Positions 1 to 9,522 of a stretch of 64,000 nucleotides of DNA are shown in pieces. Below the pieces are notes generated by a model, which saw only the letters and a program-made list of their open reading frames with translations, searched no databases and was not told the origin of the DNA. Position 1 is the stretch's first letter. Each line of letters opens with the position of its first letter. Source of the DNA: Rubrivivax sp. (GTDB lineage Bacteria; Pseudomonadota; Gammaproteobacteria; Burkholderiales; Burkholderiaceae_C); contig JAXMEZ010000005.1 of the NCBI GenBank assembly GCA_046348035.1, forward strand, positions 13,615 to 77,614, in the 5' to 3' direction. Made by a program: the position numbers and the translations under genes.

Positions 1-339
1 GGACGCACTCGCTTGAAGGACGCAAGCACCAAGAGCCTTGCGCTCGAAAGCCGCTTCGACCTCGGCTACAACGCGGCGCATGCCTTGTGCCTGGCTGCAC
101 TGCGATGGCATGGCTACCGCTCGAGCAACCGCTACATCGTCTTCCAGGTCTTGCCGCACACGCTGGGCCTCGGGCCCGAGGTGTGGCGCGTGCTGTCCAA
201 GTGCCACGACATCCGCAATGCCAGCGAATACGAAGGCGATCTTCAGATCAACGAGCGCATCGTCGCTGACCTGCTGAGCGCGTGCAACGCAGTGCGCACC
301 AAGGTCGACGCGCTGACGCCGCCAGCGCCGACGACGTAG
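1..339 (+). CDS. HEPN-like domain protein, 5' truncated by window edge (possible MNT-HEPN toxin-antitoxin component)
   Basis: Frame is open from base 1. Motifs SRFDLGYNAAHALCLAALRWHGYR and CHDIRNASEYEG (R-N-x3-Y) resemble small HEPN-type proteins. Any partner gene would lie outside the window. Confidence 0.55.
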   Translation, partial: GRTRLKDASTKSLALESRFDLGYNAAHALCLAALRWHGYRSSNRYIVFQVLPHTLGLGPEVWRVLSKCHDIRNASEYEGDLQINERIVADLLSACNAVRTKVDALTPPAPTT

Positions 340-379
340 CGGATCGACGAATGTGAAACGACCGGCAACGGCAACGCGT

Positions 380-852
380 TCTTCACGGGACGTCGTTGGA
401 CGTTGCGGCATGCAGCGCGACTGCACGAGACGCCTGCGGGCCGCCACTTCGTCGGCGCGGCTGCGGGCGGACGAGCTCGAGCGCCGGCGCGGCCGTCCGC
501 CTGTAGTAGGCCCAGGCGCCGTCAAGGCTCTCGTGGCCGCTGCGCGGCGCACGAGATCGACGATCTTGTGCTTCAGGATCGCCGTGAGCCAGGTGCGCAG
601 CGTCGCGCGGCCGTCGAAGCGGGCGCGGCCGCTGACCACCGCTTCGAACACGTCGTGCACCAGGTCTTCGGCGAGGCTCGCATCGAGCAGCCGCCGGCGC
701 GCGAAACGCACCAGTGCACCGCGCTCGGCCACGAGCGCCGGCCAGCCGGGCATGGTGGGCGCGGTGGTCGCGGTGGCCGCCGTGGGCGTGGCGGCGGCGA
801 GCGTGACGGAGGTGACAGGGGCAGTGGCGGCGACGGCGGCAACAGGTTCCAT
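380..852 (-). pseudogene. ECF sigma-70 factor, region 2 intact, region 4 missing (not in ORF track)
   Basis: Manual translation from ATG 852: MEPVAAV...ERGALVRFARRRLLDASLAEDLVHDVFEAVVSGRARFDGRATLRTWLTAILKHKIVDLVRR, a typical ECF region 2. Similarity fades by about 440. The frame has no stop before the window edge, so the track omitted it. End coordinate approximate. Confidence 0.75.
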
Positions 853-1061
853 GGCGGCGGCGTTCCCCTGGGGGACCGGCGAACGGTGGCGATGGCTACA
901 CTGTTCCGGCCGCGCCTCGCGCCGCTCTCACCGAAGATCACAGCGAGATCACATCGCGCTGGCATCGCCGGCACGCATCGACAACGCATCCGTAAGAAGG
1001 TGGAGGCGGCGCGCGACCCATGCCTGCATGGCCCCGAACCCGGCGATCGCCGCCGAAGCAC

Positions 1062-1137
1062 CACACTCGGCGCTTGGCGCCGACGCTGCACACTCGGCGC
1101 TTGGCGCCGACGCTGCACACTCGGCGCTTGGCGCCGA
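1062..1137 (+). repeat. 27-bp tandem repeat x~2.8, each unit containing a perfect 7-bp inverted repeat
   Basis: Unit CACACTCGGCGCTTGGCGCCGACGCTG at 1062, 1089 and 1116 (partial). Core is TCGGCGC-TTG-GCGCCGA. Confidence 0.95.
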
Positions 1138-1144
1138 AGCGCCA

Positions 1145-1876
1145 ATGACCGCGCCCCGTATCCTCGTGGCCGAGGACCAGGCCGACATCCGCGACCTCAT
1201 CGTGCTCAACCTGCAAGGTGCGGGCTACGAGGTGCAGGCGGTGGCCGACGGCGCGGCGGCGCTGGAAAGCCAGGCCGAGCGCGCCAGCGACCTGCTGGTG
1301 CTCGATTTGATGATGCCGGCGCTCGACGGCCTGGAAGTGTGCAAGGCGCTGCGCGCGCGCGGCCGCGCGACGCCGATCCTGATGCTCACCGCCAAGGCCA
1401 CCGAACTGGACCGCGTGCTCGGCCTTGAACTCGGCGCCGACGACTACCTCACGAAGCCGTTTTCGATGGCCGAGCTGCTGGCGCGCGTGAAGGCGCTCTT
1501 GCGGCGCGCGTCGCTGCTGCGCGCGGCGCAGCAGCAGGGCGGCAGCGGCAGCGCCGCCGGTAGCGGCGCGGCGCCGGTGCGCAACGGCGAGCTGGAGATC
1601 CTGCCGGCGCGGCGCGAAGTGCGCGTCGGCGGCCGCAGCGTCGAGCTGACGGCGCTCGAATTCGACCTGCTGCTGCACTTCGCCAGCCACCCCGGGCGCG
1701 TGTTCTCGCGCGCGCAGCTTCTCGACGCGGTGTGGGGCTACTCGCACGAAGGCTACGAGCACACGGTGACGACGCACATCAACCGCGTGCGCGCCAAGAT
1801 CGAAGCCGACCCGATGCGGCCGCGCTTCGTGCTCACTGTGCGCGGTGCGGGCTACAAGATGCGCGACGCCCCATGA
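1145..1876 (+). CDS. OmpR/PhoB-family response regulator
   Basis: RILVAEDQ, DLLVLDLMMP, MLTAK, GADDYLTKPF, and winged-helix tail LTALEFDLL...TVRGAGYK. Start could be 1028 if the tandem repeat is translated. Confidence 0.95.
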   Translation: MTAPRILVAEDQADIRDLIVLNLQGAGYEVQAVADGAAALESQAERASDLLVLDLMMPALDGLEVCKALRARGRATPILMLTAKATELDRVLGLELGADDYLTKPFSMAELLARVKALLRRASLLRAAQQQGGSGSAAGSGAAPVRNGELEILPARREVRVGGRSVELTALEFDLLLHFASHPGRVFSRAQLLDAVWGYSHEGYEHTVTTHINRVRAKIEADPMRPRFVLTVRGAGYKMRDAP

Positions 1877-1933
1877 AGGCGCGAATGAACCTGCTGCGCG
1901 ACGGTTCCTTCACGCCTTCATGACGAGAGCGCG

Positions 1934-3550
1934 ATGACCGTCCGCCTGCGCCTGGCGCTCACCGTGCTGCTGACGGGGCTGGCCACGGCGCTCGGCGTGC
2001 TCGTGACCGTGGCGCTCGCCTTCGAGCGCTTCGAGCGCGAAGCGGCCTATGCGCGCGCCGACGCCTTCCTCGGCCGCGTCGTCGCCGAGCACGCCGACCT
2101 GCCGGCGCAGCAGAAGCGCGACCCGCAGGCGTTCATCGTGTTCCTGCGCAGCCTCGTGCTGTTCGAACCGGCGAGCCAGCTGTACCTGCTCGCTGCCGAC
2201 GGCACCGTGCTCGCCAGCACCGGCAGCAAGCCGCTGGCAAGCGACTTCCGGGTGGCGATCGCGCCGGTGCGGCAGGCGGCGGCGGCCGCCGCCGGCGCTG
2301 CGGCGCGTCGGCGGCAGCGCCGCCTACGTGATGGGCGACGACCCCGAGTACATGGAAGAAGACGCGGTCATCGCGGCGCGCGCGCTCGTGCTGCCGTCGA
2401 TCCACGCTGGCGCCGGCCCCGCGGGCTACCTCTACCTCGTGAGCCGCAAGCCGGGGCTGCCGGCCAGCCGCCTGGCGCGCCTCGCGGCCCAACTCGCCGG
2501 GCCGGCGCTGGCGCCGGTGCTCGCGGTGGTGCTGCTGGCCACGGCACTGGCGGCGTGGATCATCGCCGCGGTGACGCGGCCGCTGGCAGTGCTCAGCGCT
2601 GCGGTGGATGGCGCCGCGCGTGCTGGCTTCGACGAAACGGCACCGGCGGCGATGCCGGCGCTGGCGGCACTCCACGCCGGCCGCGTCCGCCGCCAGAGCC
2701 TCGCCGGCGACGACGAATTCAGCCGCCTGCACCGCGGCTTCCAGGCGCTCTTGGCGAAGCTGCATGCGCAGTGGGACCGCCTGCGCCGGCTCGACGCCTT
2801 CCGCCGCGAGAGCGTGAGCAACCTCTCGCACGACCTGCGCTCGCCGCTCACCGCCGCCGCTGCGAGCCTGGAGACGCTGCAGCAGCGCTGGCGCGAAGGC
2901 GCCGCGGCCGAAGACCTGCGCCTGCTGGACGTGGCGCTGCGCAACACGCACAACGCGGCACGCCTGGTGCGCTCGCTCGGCGACCTGGCGGTGCTCGACG
3001 AGGCGAGCTTCCGCCTGCGCCTGGCGCGGCTGGATCTCGCCGAGATGCTCTCCGACATCGCGATGCGCTTCGCCGAGCGCGCGGCGCGCCAGGGCGTGAC
3101 GCTCGCCTGTGACATCGAGGGCGAAGCCGAAGGGCAAGGCAACGGAAGCACGTCGCCGCTCGTGGCCGAGGTCGATGTCGAACTCGTCGAGCGCGCGCTC
3201 GCCAACCTCATCGACAACGCGCTCGCGCACACGCCCGCCGGCGGGCGCGTCGTGCTGGCGGCGCGCGCAGCCGAGGCGGTGCAGAAGCGGCCGGCAGCGT
3301 GCGGCTCAGCGTCAGCGACACCGGCGACGGCATCGCCGCCGCCGATCTCGAACATCTCTTCGACCGCCATTTCCGCGGCGGCGGCGCCGCTGAACGCGCG
3401 CGGGCGACGGCGCGCACCGACGGCGGCAAGGGCCTGGGCCTCGCGATCGTGCAGCGCATCGTCGAACTGCACGGCGGCCGCGTCGCCGTCACCAGCGAGC
3501 CCGGCCGCGGCACTTCGGTGATGCTCGAATTGCCGGTGCAGCCGGGCTGA
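1934..3550 (+). CDS. Membrane sensor histidine kinase (HAMP, HisKA, HATPase); two frameshifts near 2290 and 3295
   Basis: TM1 in ORF 1934. TM2, HAMP, H-box SNLSHDLRSPL and N-box LANLIDNAL in ORF 2049. G boxes VSDTGDGI, FDRHFRG and GKGLGLAIV in ORF 3299. Confidence 0.9.
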
Positions 3551-3576
3551 TACCGAATCGCATTCGTTCCCAGACA

Positions 3577-3669
3577 CCGTTCGCGCTGAGCCCGTCGAAG
3601 CGGCTTCGAAGGGCGAGGAGAGGCTTCGACAGGCAGGTCCTGAGCTCGTCGAAGGGCTCAGCCCGAACC
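3577..3669. repeat. REP-like palindrome family A, copy 1
   Basis: Arms CCGTTCGCGCTGAGCCCGTCGAAG and CTTCGACAGG...GCTCAGCCCGAACC. Same family as copies at 26.1, 38.8, 47.8 and 50.9 kb. Confidence 0.85.
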
Positions 3670-3780
3670 GACTCCTCTCCTTGCACATCACCGCTGCCGG
3701 CCGCGCCGGCCCGGATAAGCCCGCCAAACCGGCGCCTGCTCCGCCGATCGGCGGCCGGCCCGCGGCCCGAGACTGCAAAG

Positions 3781-5568
3781 ATGACAGTCGATGCGGTCCT
3801 CGTGCTCCAGCGCAGCGACGTGGCGCGCATTGCGGCCGCGCCCGAGCGCCTGGCCGGCGCGCGGCTGGTGTTCGTCGACCCGGGCCTCCTGGACGACGCC
3901 GCGCAGCGCGGCCTGACGCAGCGCTTCGCCTACGAGTACCGGCGCCTGGACCTGGGGCCGGACATGCAGGCGCGCGCCGCCAGCGAAGCCATCGCCCGCG
4001 CCACGCTCGTCGATCTGCAACTCAGCGCCGAGCGCGAGCGGCTCTTCGGTGGCGGCGCCGCCGATCCCGGTGCGCCTGCCACGCCGTTCACCGGCTGGGA
4101 CGTGGGCCTCTTCTTCCTCGCGCTGCAGCGCGCCGCCGTGGCGCGCGCGCTGGCGCAGGCGATCGCCGCCAGCTTCAAGGAATCGAGCATCGGGCTGCTC
4201 AGGCCGAGCAACGCGCAGCAGATGTACTTCGATTCCTTCATCTCGGCCGACCTCGTCGGCCGGGATCCGCAGCGCTTCTCGATCGTCGACCGCTACGACG
4301 ATGCGCGCTGGCAGCGCCCCGACGCCTACGACCAGGTGCTCGACGCGCAGGCGATGGGCGCGCTCCTGGCCCGCGGCGTCATCTCGCTCGTGAGCCACGT
4401 GCCCACCTGCTTCTACGACCGCGCCTGGCTGGCCGACGAAGTGGCGCGCTCGCACGCCTTCACGCTCGACCTGCCGAGCCCCTTCTGGGACGTGCCGCTG
4501 CACCGCGGCGCGCCGCTGCTGGTGCCGCGCACGAATCTCGCCGCCGAGGCCGACGTTGCCGAATACGGCGCCCGCGCCCTGCGCATCTTCGACACGCTGC
4601 TCGGCGACCTGCTGCCGCAGCAGCGCGCGCGCGAGGAGCAGTTGAACGCGTGGGCGGCGCGCGCGCGCTGGCAGGCGCTGAACTACCTGCAGCTTCGCAA
4701 CGCCTTCGCACGCATGGCCCAGGTCACCGCGGTGCCGCAGTTCCTGCTCGCCGATCAGGACACCGGGCTCAACGGGCCGCTCTTCTCGACGGCAGCGCGC
4801 ATCGGCGCGGCGATCACCGTCGTGCCGCATTCGGGCCATGTGTCGATGCTGCTGCCGCACGGCCAGCGCGTGCAGGTGGTCGAGCGCGCCGGCTACGGCT
4901 GCGCGCCGCGCACGCTGCTCGGGCAGGCGCTGCCGGTGCGGCCGGTGCGCTTCAACCAGCAGGCGGCGCGGCGGCCGCTGCACACGGCGCCGCACGCGCC
5001 GAGGCGCGCGGCGACGCTGTGCCTGCTGCTGAACAGCTTCAACACCGAGGGCTTGAGCCACGTCGACGCACATGCGCTGGCCGAGTTCTACCGGCCGCTG
5101 GCAGCGTTGTGCGAACGGCACGGAGTCAAGCTCGTGCTGCGCCCGAAGCCCGGCGCGCCGGCCTTGGCTGTGCTGGCGGGGGCACTGGACGTGCCGCCGG
5201 CGCAACTCGCCGGCGCGGTGCAGCAGCCGCTGGCCGAGCTCGCGCAGGCGAGCGACCTCTGCATCGCCTGGGGCGAGCCGACGACCGGCATCGCCCCGTT
5301 TCTCGACGCCGGCTGCCTCGTGCTGCAAGTGATGCGAGAACGCTGGCCGGTGGACTACCTCGTGTGCATGCCGCTCGTTCGCGACGGCGTCGTGCCGACG
5401 CTGGCGCCGGCCGCGGCGCTGGAACTGGTGAAGCGCCAGCTCGAGCAGCCCGCGCTGCTGGCCGCCGACACGGCGCGCCAGAGCGCCGCTTTCGACGCTC
5501 GCGCCGCCGGCGCGCACGAGCACCTGTTCGACCACACCATCGAGCCGCTGCAGCGCGCCGCCGCCTGA
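3781..5568 (+). CDS. Uncharacterised 595-aa protein, probable GT-B-fold glycosyltransferase linked to the nonulosonate cluster
   Basis: Long clean ORF directly upstream of pseB. C-terminal half LVLRPKPG...ELAQASDLCIAWGEPTTGI...LDAGCLV resembles GT-B C-terminal Rossmann domains. Function is inferred. Confidence 0.5.
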   Translation: MTVDAVLVLQRSDVARIAAAPERLAGARLVFVDPGLLDDAAQRGLTQRFAYEYRRLDLGPDMQARAASEAIARATLVDLQLSAERERLFGGGAADPGAPATPFTGWDVGLFFLALQRAAVARALAQAIAASFKESSIGLLRPSNAQQMYFDSFISADLVGRDPQRFSIVDRYDDARWQRPDAYDQVLDAQAMGALLARGVISLVSHVPTCFYDRAWLADEVARSHAFTLDLPSPFWDVPLHRGAPLLVPRTNLAAEADVAEYGARALRIFDTLLGDLLPQQRAREEQLNAWAARARWQALNYLQLRNAFARMAQVTAVPQFLLADQDTGLNGPLFSTAARIGAAITVVPHSGHVSMLLPHGQRVQVVERAGYGCAPRTLLGQALPVRPVRFNQQAARRPLHTAPHAPRRAATLCLLLNSFNTEGLSHVDAHALAEFYRPLAALCERHGVKLVLRPKPGAPALAVLAGALDVPPAQLAGAVQQPLAELAQASDLCIAWGEPTTGIAPFLDAGCLVLQVMRERWPVDYLVCMPLVRDGVVPTLAPAAALELVKRQLEQPALLAADTARQSAAFDARAAGAHEHLFDHTIEPLQRAAA

Positions 5569-5647
5569 GCGAGCCGCGCCGCCGACGCCTTCCTTTCCCT
5601 GCCCTCAGCCACAAGAACACGAATCGACTTTCCTCCCTCGCACCGCC

Positions 5648-6664
5648 ATGCTCAACGACCAGTCCCTCCTCGTCACCGGCGGCACCGGCAGCTTCGGCCG
5701 CGCCTTCGTCCGCACCGTGCTCGAACGCTTCCCGCGCGTGAAGCGCCTCGTCATCTTCTCGCGCGACGAGTTGAAGCAGTTCGAGATGGCGCAGCAGTTT
5801 CCGAAGACGCAGTACCCGTTCCTGCGCTTCTTCATCGGCGACGTGCGCGACGCCGCGCGCCTGAAGCGGGCGATGGAAGGCATTGACATCGTCGTGCACG
5901 CCGCGGCGCTGAAGCAGGTGCCGGCAGCCGAATACAACCCGATGGAGGCGATCAAGACCAACGTGCTCGGGGCGCAGAACGTCATCGAGGCCTGCCTCGA
6001 TTCGGACGTGAAGCGCGTCGTCGCGCTGTCCACCGACAAGGCCGCCGCGCCGATCAACCTCTACGGCGCCACCAAGCTGTGCAGCGACAAGCTCTTCGTC
6101 GCCGCCAACAACATCCGCGGCAGCCGCGACCTGCGCTTCTCGGTCGTGCGCTACGGCAACGTCATGGGCAGCCGCGGCTCGGTGATCCCGTTCTTCCTCG
6201 GTCAGCGCGAGCAGGGCGTGCTGCCAATCACGCACCCGGACATGACGCGCTTCAACATCTCGCTGGACGACGGCGTGGCGATGGTGCTGTGGAGCATCGA
6301 GCACGCCTGGGGCGGCGAGATCCTCGTGCCCAAGATCCCGAGCTACCGCATCACTGACGTCGCCGACGCCGTGGCACCGGCGGCGCGCAAGCGCATCGTC
6401 GGCATCCGCCCGGGCGAGAAGCTGCACGAGGAGATGATCACCGCCAGCGACAGCCCCAACACGGTGGACCTCGGCCGCTACTTCGCCATCCTGCCCGGCG
6501 GCGCCGACTACGCGATCGACGACTACTGCGCCCGCATGGGCGGCACCCGCGTGCAGCCCGGCTTCAGCTACGACAGCGGCAGCAACAACGACTTCCTCTC
6601 GGTGCCGCAGCTGCGCGCGCTCATCGACAAGCACGTGGAGAACCCCCTTGTTGCCCATCACTGA
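5648..6664 (+). CDS. pseB: UDP-N-acetylglucosamine 4,6-dehydratase (inverting)
   Basis: TGGTGSFG, SRDELKQ, HAAALKQVPAAEYNP, LSTDKA..P.NLYGATKL, RYGNVMGSRGSV, GIRPGEKLHEEM. Confidence 0.95.
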   Translation: MLNDQSLLVTGGTGSFGRAFVRTVLERFPRVKRLVIFSRDELKQFEMAQQFPKTQYPFLRFFIGDVRDAARLKRAMEGIDIVVHAAALKQVPAAEYNPMEAIKTNVLGAQNVIEACLDSDVKRVVALSTDKAAAPINLYGATKLCSDKLFVAANNIRGSRDLRFSVVRYGNVMGSRGSVIPFFLGQREQGVLPITHPDMTRFNISLDDGVAMVLWSIEHAWGGEILVPKIPSYRITDVADAVAPAARKRIVGIRPGEKLHEEMITASDSPNTVDLGRYFAILPGGADYAIDDYCARMGGTRVQPGFSYDSGSNNDFLSVPQLRALIDKHVENPLVAHH

Positions 6665-7673
6665 ACGCACGCAGCCGCAGCCGCGGCCCGAACCGGTTGC
6701 CGCACAGCGCGGCCCCGTGGTCGTGCTCGGCCACACGGGCCTGCTCGGCCAGGCGGTCATGCGCGTGGCGGCTCAGCGGGGCCTGCGCACGCTCGGCATC
6801 TCCAGCCGCACCGTGCCGGGGCTCAACCTGGCGCGCCAGGCGGACCTGGCGCCGTTCCTCGACCCGCTGGCGCCGTCGCTGGTGATCAACGCGGCCGCGA
6901 TCACCGACTTCGCCGCCAACGAGGCCGACCCCTCGGCGGCGCACGAAGTGCACGTGCGCCTGCCCGGGCTGCTGGCCGACTGGGGCCGGCATCGCGGCGT
7001 GCCGTGGGTGCAGGTGTCCACCGACCACTACTGGAACGACATCGAGAACGAGCTGCACGACGAAGCGGCGCCGGTGAGCCCGCCCAACGTCTACGCGCGC
7101 AGCAAGCACGCCGGCGAGGAGCTGGCGCTGCGCGACCCGTGCTGCCTGGTGCTGCGCACCAACATCGTCGGCTTCCGCGGCCGCGCCGGCGCACCGACGT
7201 TCGCCGAGTGGGCCGTCAACGCACTCGCCGGCGGCCAGCCTTTCGACGCCTACACAAACGTGTGGGCCAGCAGCATCGAGGTGGGCCAGTTCGCCGAGGC
7301 GCTGTTCGACCTCGTGCAAGGCGGCGTGCGCGGCTTGCTGAACCTGGCCAGCCGCGACTCGCTGTCGAAGGCCGACTTCATCGCCGCGCTGGCACGCGCC
7401 GCCGGCTACGACCCGCAGCTGGCGCGCCGCACCGAGCGCCCGAGCCGCCAATGGCCGCGCCGCGCCAACGCGATGGGCCTGGACGTGACGCGCGCCGAGG
7501 CGCTGCTCGGCCGCGACCTGCCCACCGCCGACGAAGTGATCGAGGCGATCGTCGCCAACCCGGCGATGCCCAAGGTCACGCTGCGCTTCGACCTCGGCGC
7601 CAGCACCGTGCCGGCACCGCTGATGTCGCTGGCGCCGCTGGCCGACAGCGCCGCTTCGGACGGCGGCGAATGA
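6648..7673 (+). CDS. RmlD-like NAD(P)-dependent sugar-nucleotide 4-keto reductase (extended SDR)
   Basis: GHTGLLG, INAAA.T, VQVSTDH, P.NVYARSKHAGE (YxxxK), VLRT. Confidence 0.85.
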   Translation: MLPITERTQPQPRPEPVAAQRGPVVVLGHTGLLGQAVMRVAAQRGLRTLGISSRTVPGLNLARQADLAPFLDPLAPSLVINAAAITDFAANEADPSAAHEVHVRLPGLLADWGRHRGVPWVQVSTDHYWNDIENELHDEAAPVSPPNVYARSKHAGEELALRDPCCLVLRTNIVGFRGRAGAPTFAEWAVNALAGGQPFDAYTNVWASSIEVGQFAEALFDLVQGGVRGLLNLASRDSLSKADFIAALARAAGYDPQLARRTERPSRQWPRRANAMGLDVTRAEALLGRDLPTADEVIEAIVANPAMPKVTLRFDLGASTVPAPLMSLAPLADSAASDGGE

Positions 7674-7748
7674 CGAGGACCGAAGCGATGCCGCTCGCCC
7701 ACTCCGCTGTCTCCGCAAACCTCTGCGCAATCGCCGCAGCCCGAGCCC

Positions 7749-8879
7749 GTGCGCATCGGCCAGCGCCTGCTCGCGCTCGATGCGCCCACCTACTTCATCG
7801 CCGACATCGCCGCCAACCACGACGGTGACCTCGAGCGCGCGAAGGCGCTGATCTGGCTGGCGCGCGAGGCCGGTGCCGACTGCGCCAAGTTCCAGCACTT
7901 CAAGGCCGAGAAGATCGTCAGCGACCGCGGCTTCAAGGCGCTGGGCGCCCAGCTCGGCCACCAGGCGAAGTGGGACAAGCCGGTGTTCGACGTCTACCGC
8001 GCCTACGAACTCAACCGCGAGTGGAACGACGAACTCGCAGCCACCGCGCGCGCCGCCGGCATCCACTTCATGACCACGCCGTACGACGTGGAAGCGGTGG
8101 CGAGCGTCGACGCGCTCGTGAGCGCGTGGAAGATCGGCTCGGGCGACATCACCTGGGTCGAGTTCATCCGCCAGGTCGCCGGCACCGGCAAGCCGCTGCT
8201 GCTGGCCACCGGCGCCAGCCAGATGGCCGATGTCGAGCGCGCCGTGCGCGCGGTGCTCGCCGTCAACCGGCAGCTCGTGCTCATGCAGTGCAACACCAAC
8301 TACACCGGGTCGCTCGCGAACTTCCGCCACATCAACCTGAACGTGCTGAAGACCTACGCGGCGCGCTGGCCTTCGGTGCTGCTCGGCCTGTCGGACCATT
8401 CGCCCGGCCACGCCACGGTGCTGGGCGCGGTGGCGCTCGGCGCGCGCGCGGTGGAGAAGCACTTCACCGACGACAACGCGCGCACCGGCCCCGACCACGG
8501 CTTCGCGATGAACCCGGCCACGTGGCGCGAGATGGTCGAGCGCACGCGCGAGCTGGAAGCCGCGCTCGGCGACGGCATCAAGCGCGTCGAGGCCAACGAG
8601 GTGCAGTCGGCCGTGCTGCAGCAGCGCTGCCTGCGCGCGCGGCGCGATCTCGCCGGCGGCACCGTGCTCACTGCCGACGACCTGGAGCCGCTGCGCCCGG
8701 CGCCGGCCGGCGCGGCGCGGCCGTACGAGCTCTCGGCGCTCATCGGCCGCCGGCTGCGCCATGCGCGCCTGGCCGGCGATGCGCTCGCTTTCGACGACCT
8801 CGAGCCGGCGAGCGTGGACCCGCGCACCGCGGCCACGCTCGCGCGCAAGGCCGAGCCGAGCGCCGTCGTCGCGCACTGA
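7749..8879 (+). CDS. NeuB/PseI-family nonulosonic acid synthase with C-terminal SAF domain
   Basis: FIADIAANHDGD, GADCAKFQ, KIGSGDIT, LATGAS, QCNTNY, GLSDHS, EKHFT, GPDH, and a SAF tail. The true start may be ATG 7670 with an indel. Confidence 0.9.
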   Translation: MRIGQRLLALDAPTYFIADIAANHDGDLERAKALIWLAREAGADCAKFQHFKAEKIVSDRGFKALGAQLGHQAKWDKPVFDVYRAYELNREWNDELAATARAAGIHFMTTPYDVEAVASVDALVSAWKIGSGDITWVEFIRQVAGTGKPLLLATGASQMADVERAVRAVLAVNRQLVLMQCNTNYTGSLANFRHINLNVLKTYAARWPSVLLGLSDHSPGHATVLGAVALGARAVEKHFTDDNARTGPDHGFAMNPATWREMVERTRELEAALGDGIKRVEANEVQSAVLQQRCLRARRDLAGGTVLTADDLEPLRPAPAGAARPYELSALIGRRLRHARLAGDALAFDDLEPASVDPRTAATLARKAEPSAVVAH

Positions 8880-8911
8880 TCGACGCGGCCACGCGAGAAA
8901 GGACGCCAGCG

Positions 8912-9514
8912 ATGCTCTGCGGCAAGACCGTCGGCCTGCGCGCGATCGAATCGCACGACCTGCCGCAACTGCTGGCCTGGCGCAACGACCCGCGCCTGCG
9001 CCGCTACTTCCGCGAGGTCCGCGAGCTGAACCTGGCGCAGCAGCGGCAGTGGTTCGAAACGCGCGTCAACAACGACCCGGCGACGCGCATGTTCGCCATC
9101 GTCGAGCGCGGATGCAGTGGCGGCCACAACGCCGGCCGCCTGCTCGGCGCCTGCGGCCTGTGCTACATCGACTGGGTCAACCGCACGGCCGACTTCAGCC
9201 TCTACATCGGCGCCGACGACCTCTACATCGACGAGCGCTTCGCACCCGATGCCGCGGTGGCGATGATCGACTACGGCTTCGACGAGCTCGGCCTGCACCG
9301 GCTGTGGTCGGAGATCTACAGCTTCGATGCGCCGAAGCAGCGCTTGTTCGCCGCGCTCGGCTTCGCGCTCGACGGCCGCCACCGCCAGACGCACTGGGCC
9401 GAAGGCGCGTGGCACGACTCGCTGTACTACTCGCTGCTTGCCACCGACCGCCGGCCTGAATTGCCGGTAGCACCGGCGCCGCCGGCGACGGAAAGCAAGG
9501 CCGAAGGAAAGTGA
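8912..9514 (+). CDS. GNAT (RimJ/RimL/PseH-like) N-acetyltransferase
   Basis: MLCGKTVGLRAIESHDL, WRND, IDWVNRTADFSLYIG, YGFDELGLHRL, LGFALDG. Preceded by AGAAAGGA. Confidence 0.85.
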   Translation: MLCGKTVGLRAIESHDLPQLLAWRNDPRLRRYFREVRELNLAQQRQWFETRVNNDPATRMFAIVERGCSGGHNAGRLLGACGLCYIDWVNRTADFSLYIGADDLYIDERFAPDAAVAMIDYGFDELGLHRLWSEIYSFDAPKQRLFAALGFALDGRHRQTHWAEGAWHDSLYYSLLATDRRPELPVAPAPPATESKAEGK

Positions 9515-9522
9515 CCCCTCCG

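Noticed and set aside
1062-1137. CRISPR array
   Set aside because: The palindromic 27-bp units are directly adjacent with no unique spacers, and there are no cas genes.
353-1144. Long N-terminal extension of the response regulator
   Set aside because: Most of it is the antisense of the ECF sigma gene. Receiver-domain similarity starts at 1145.
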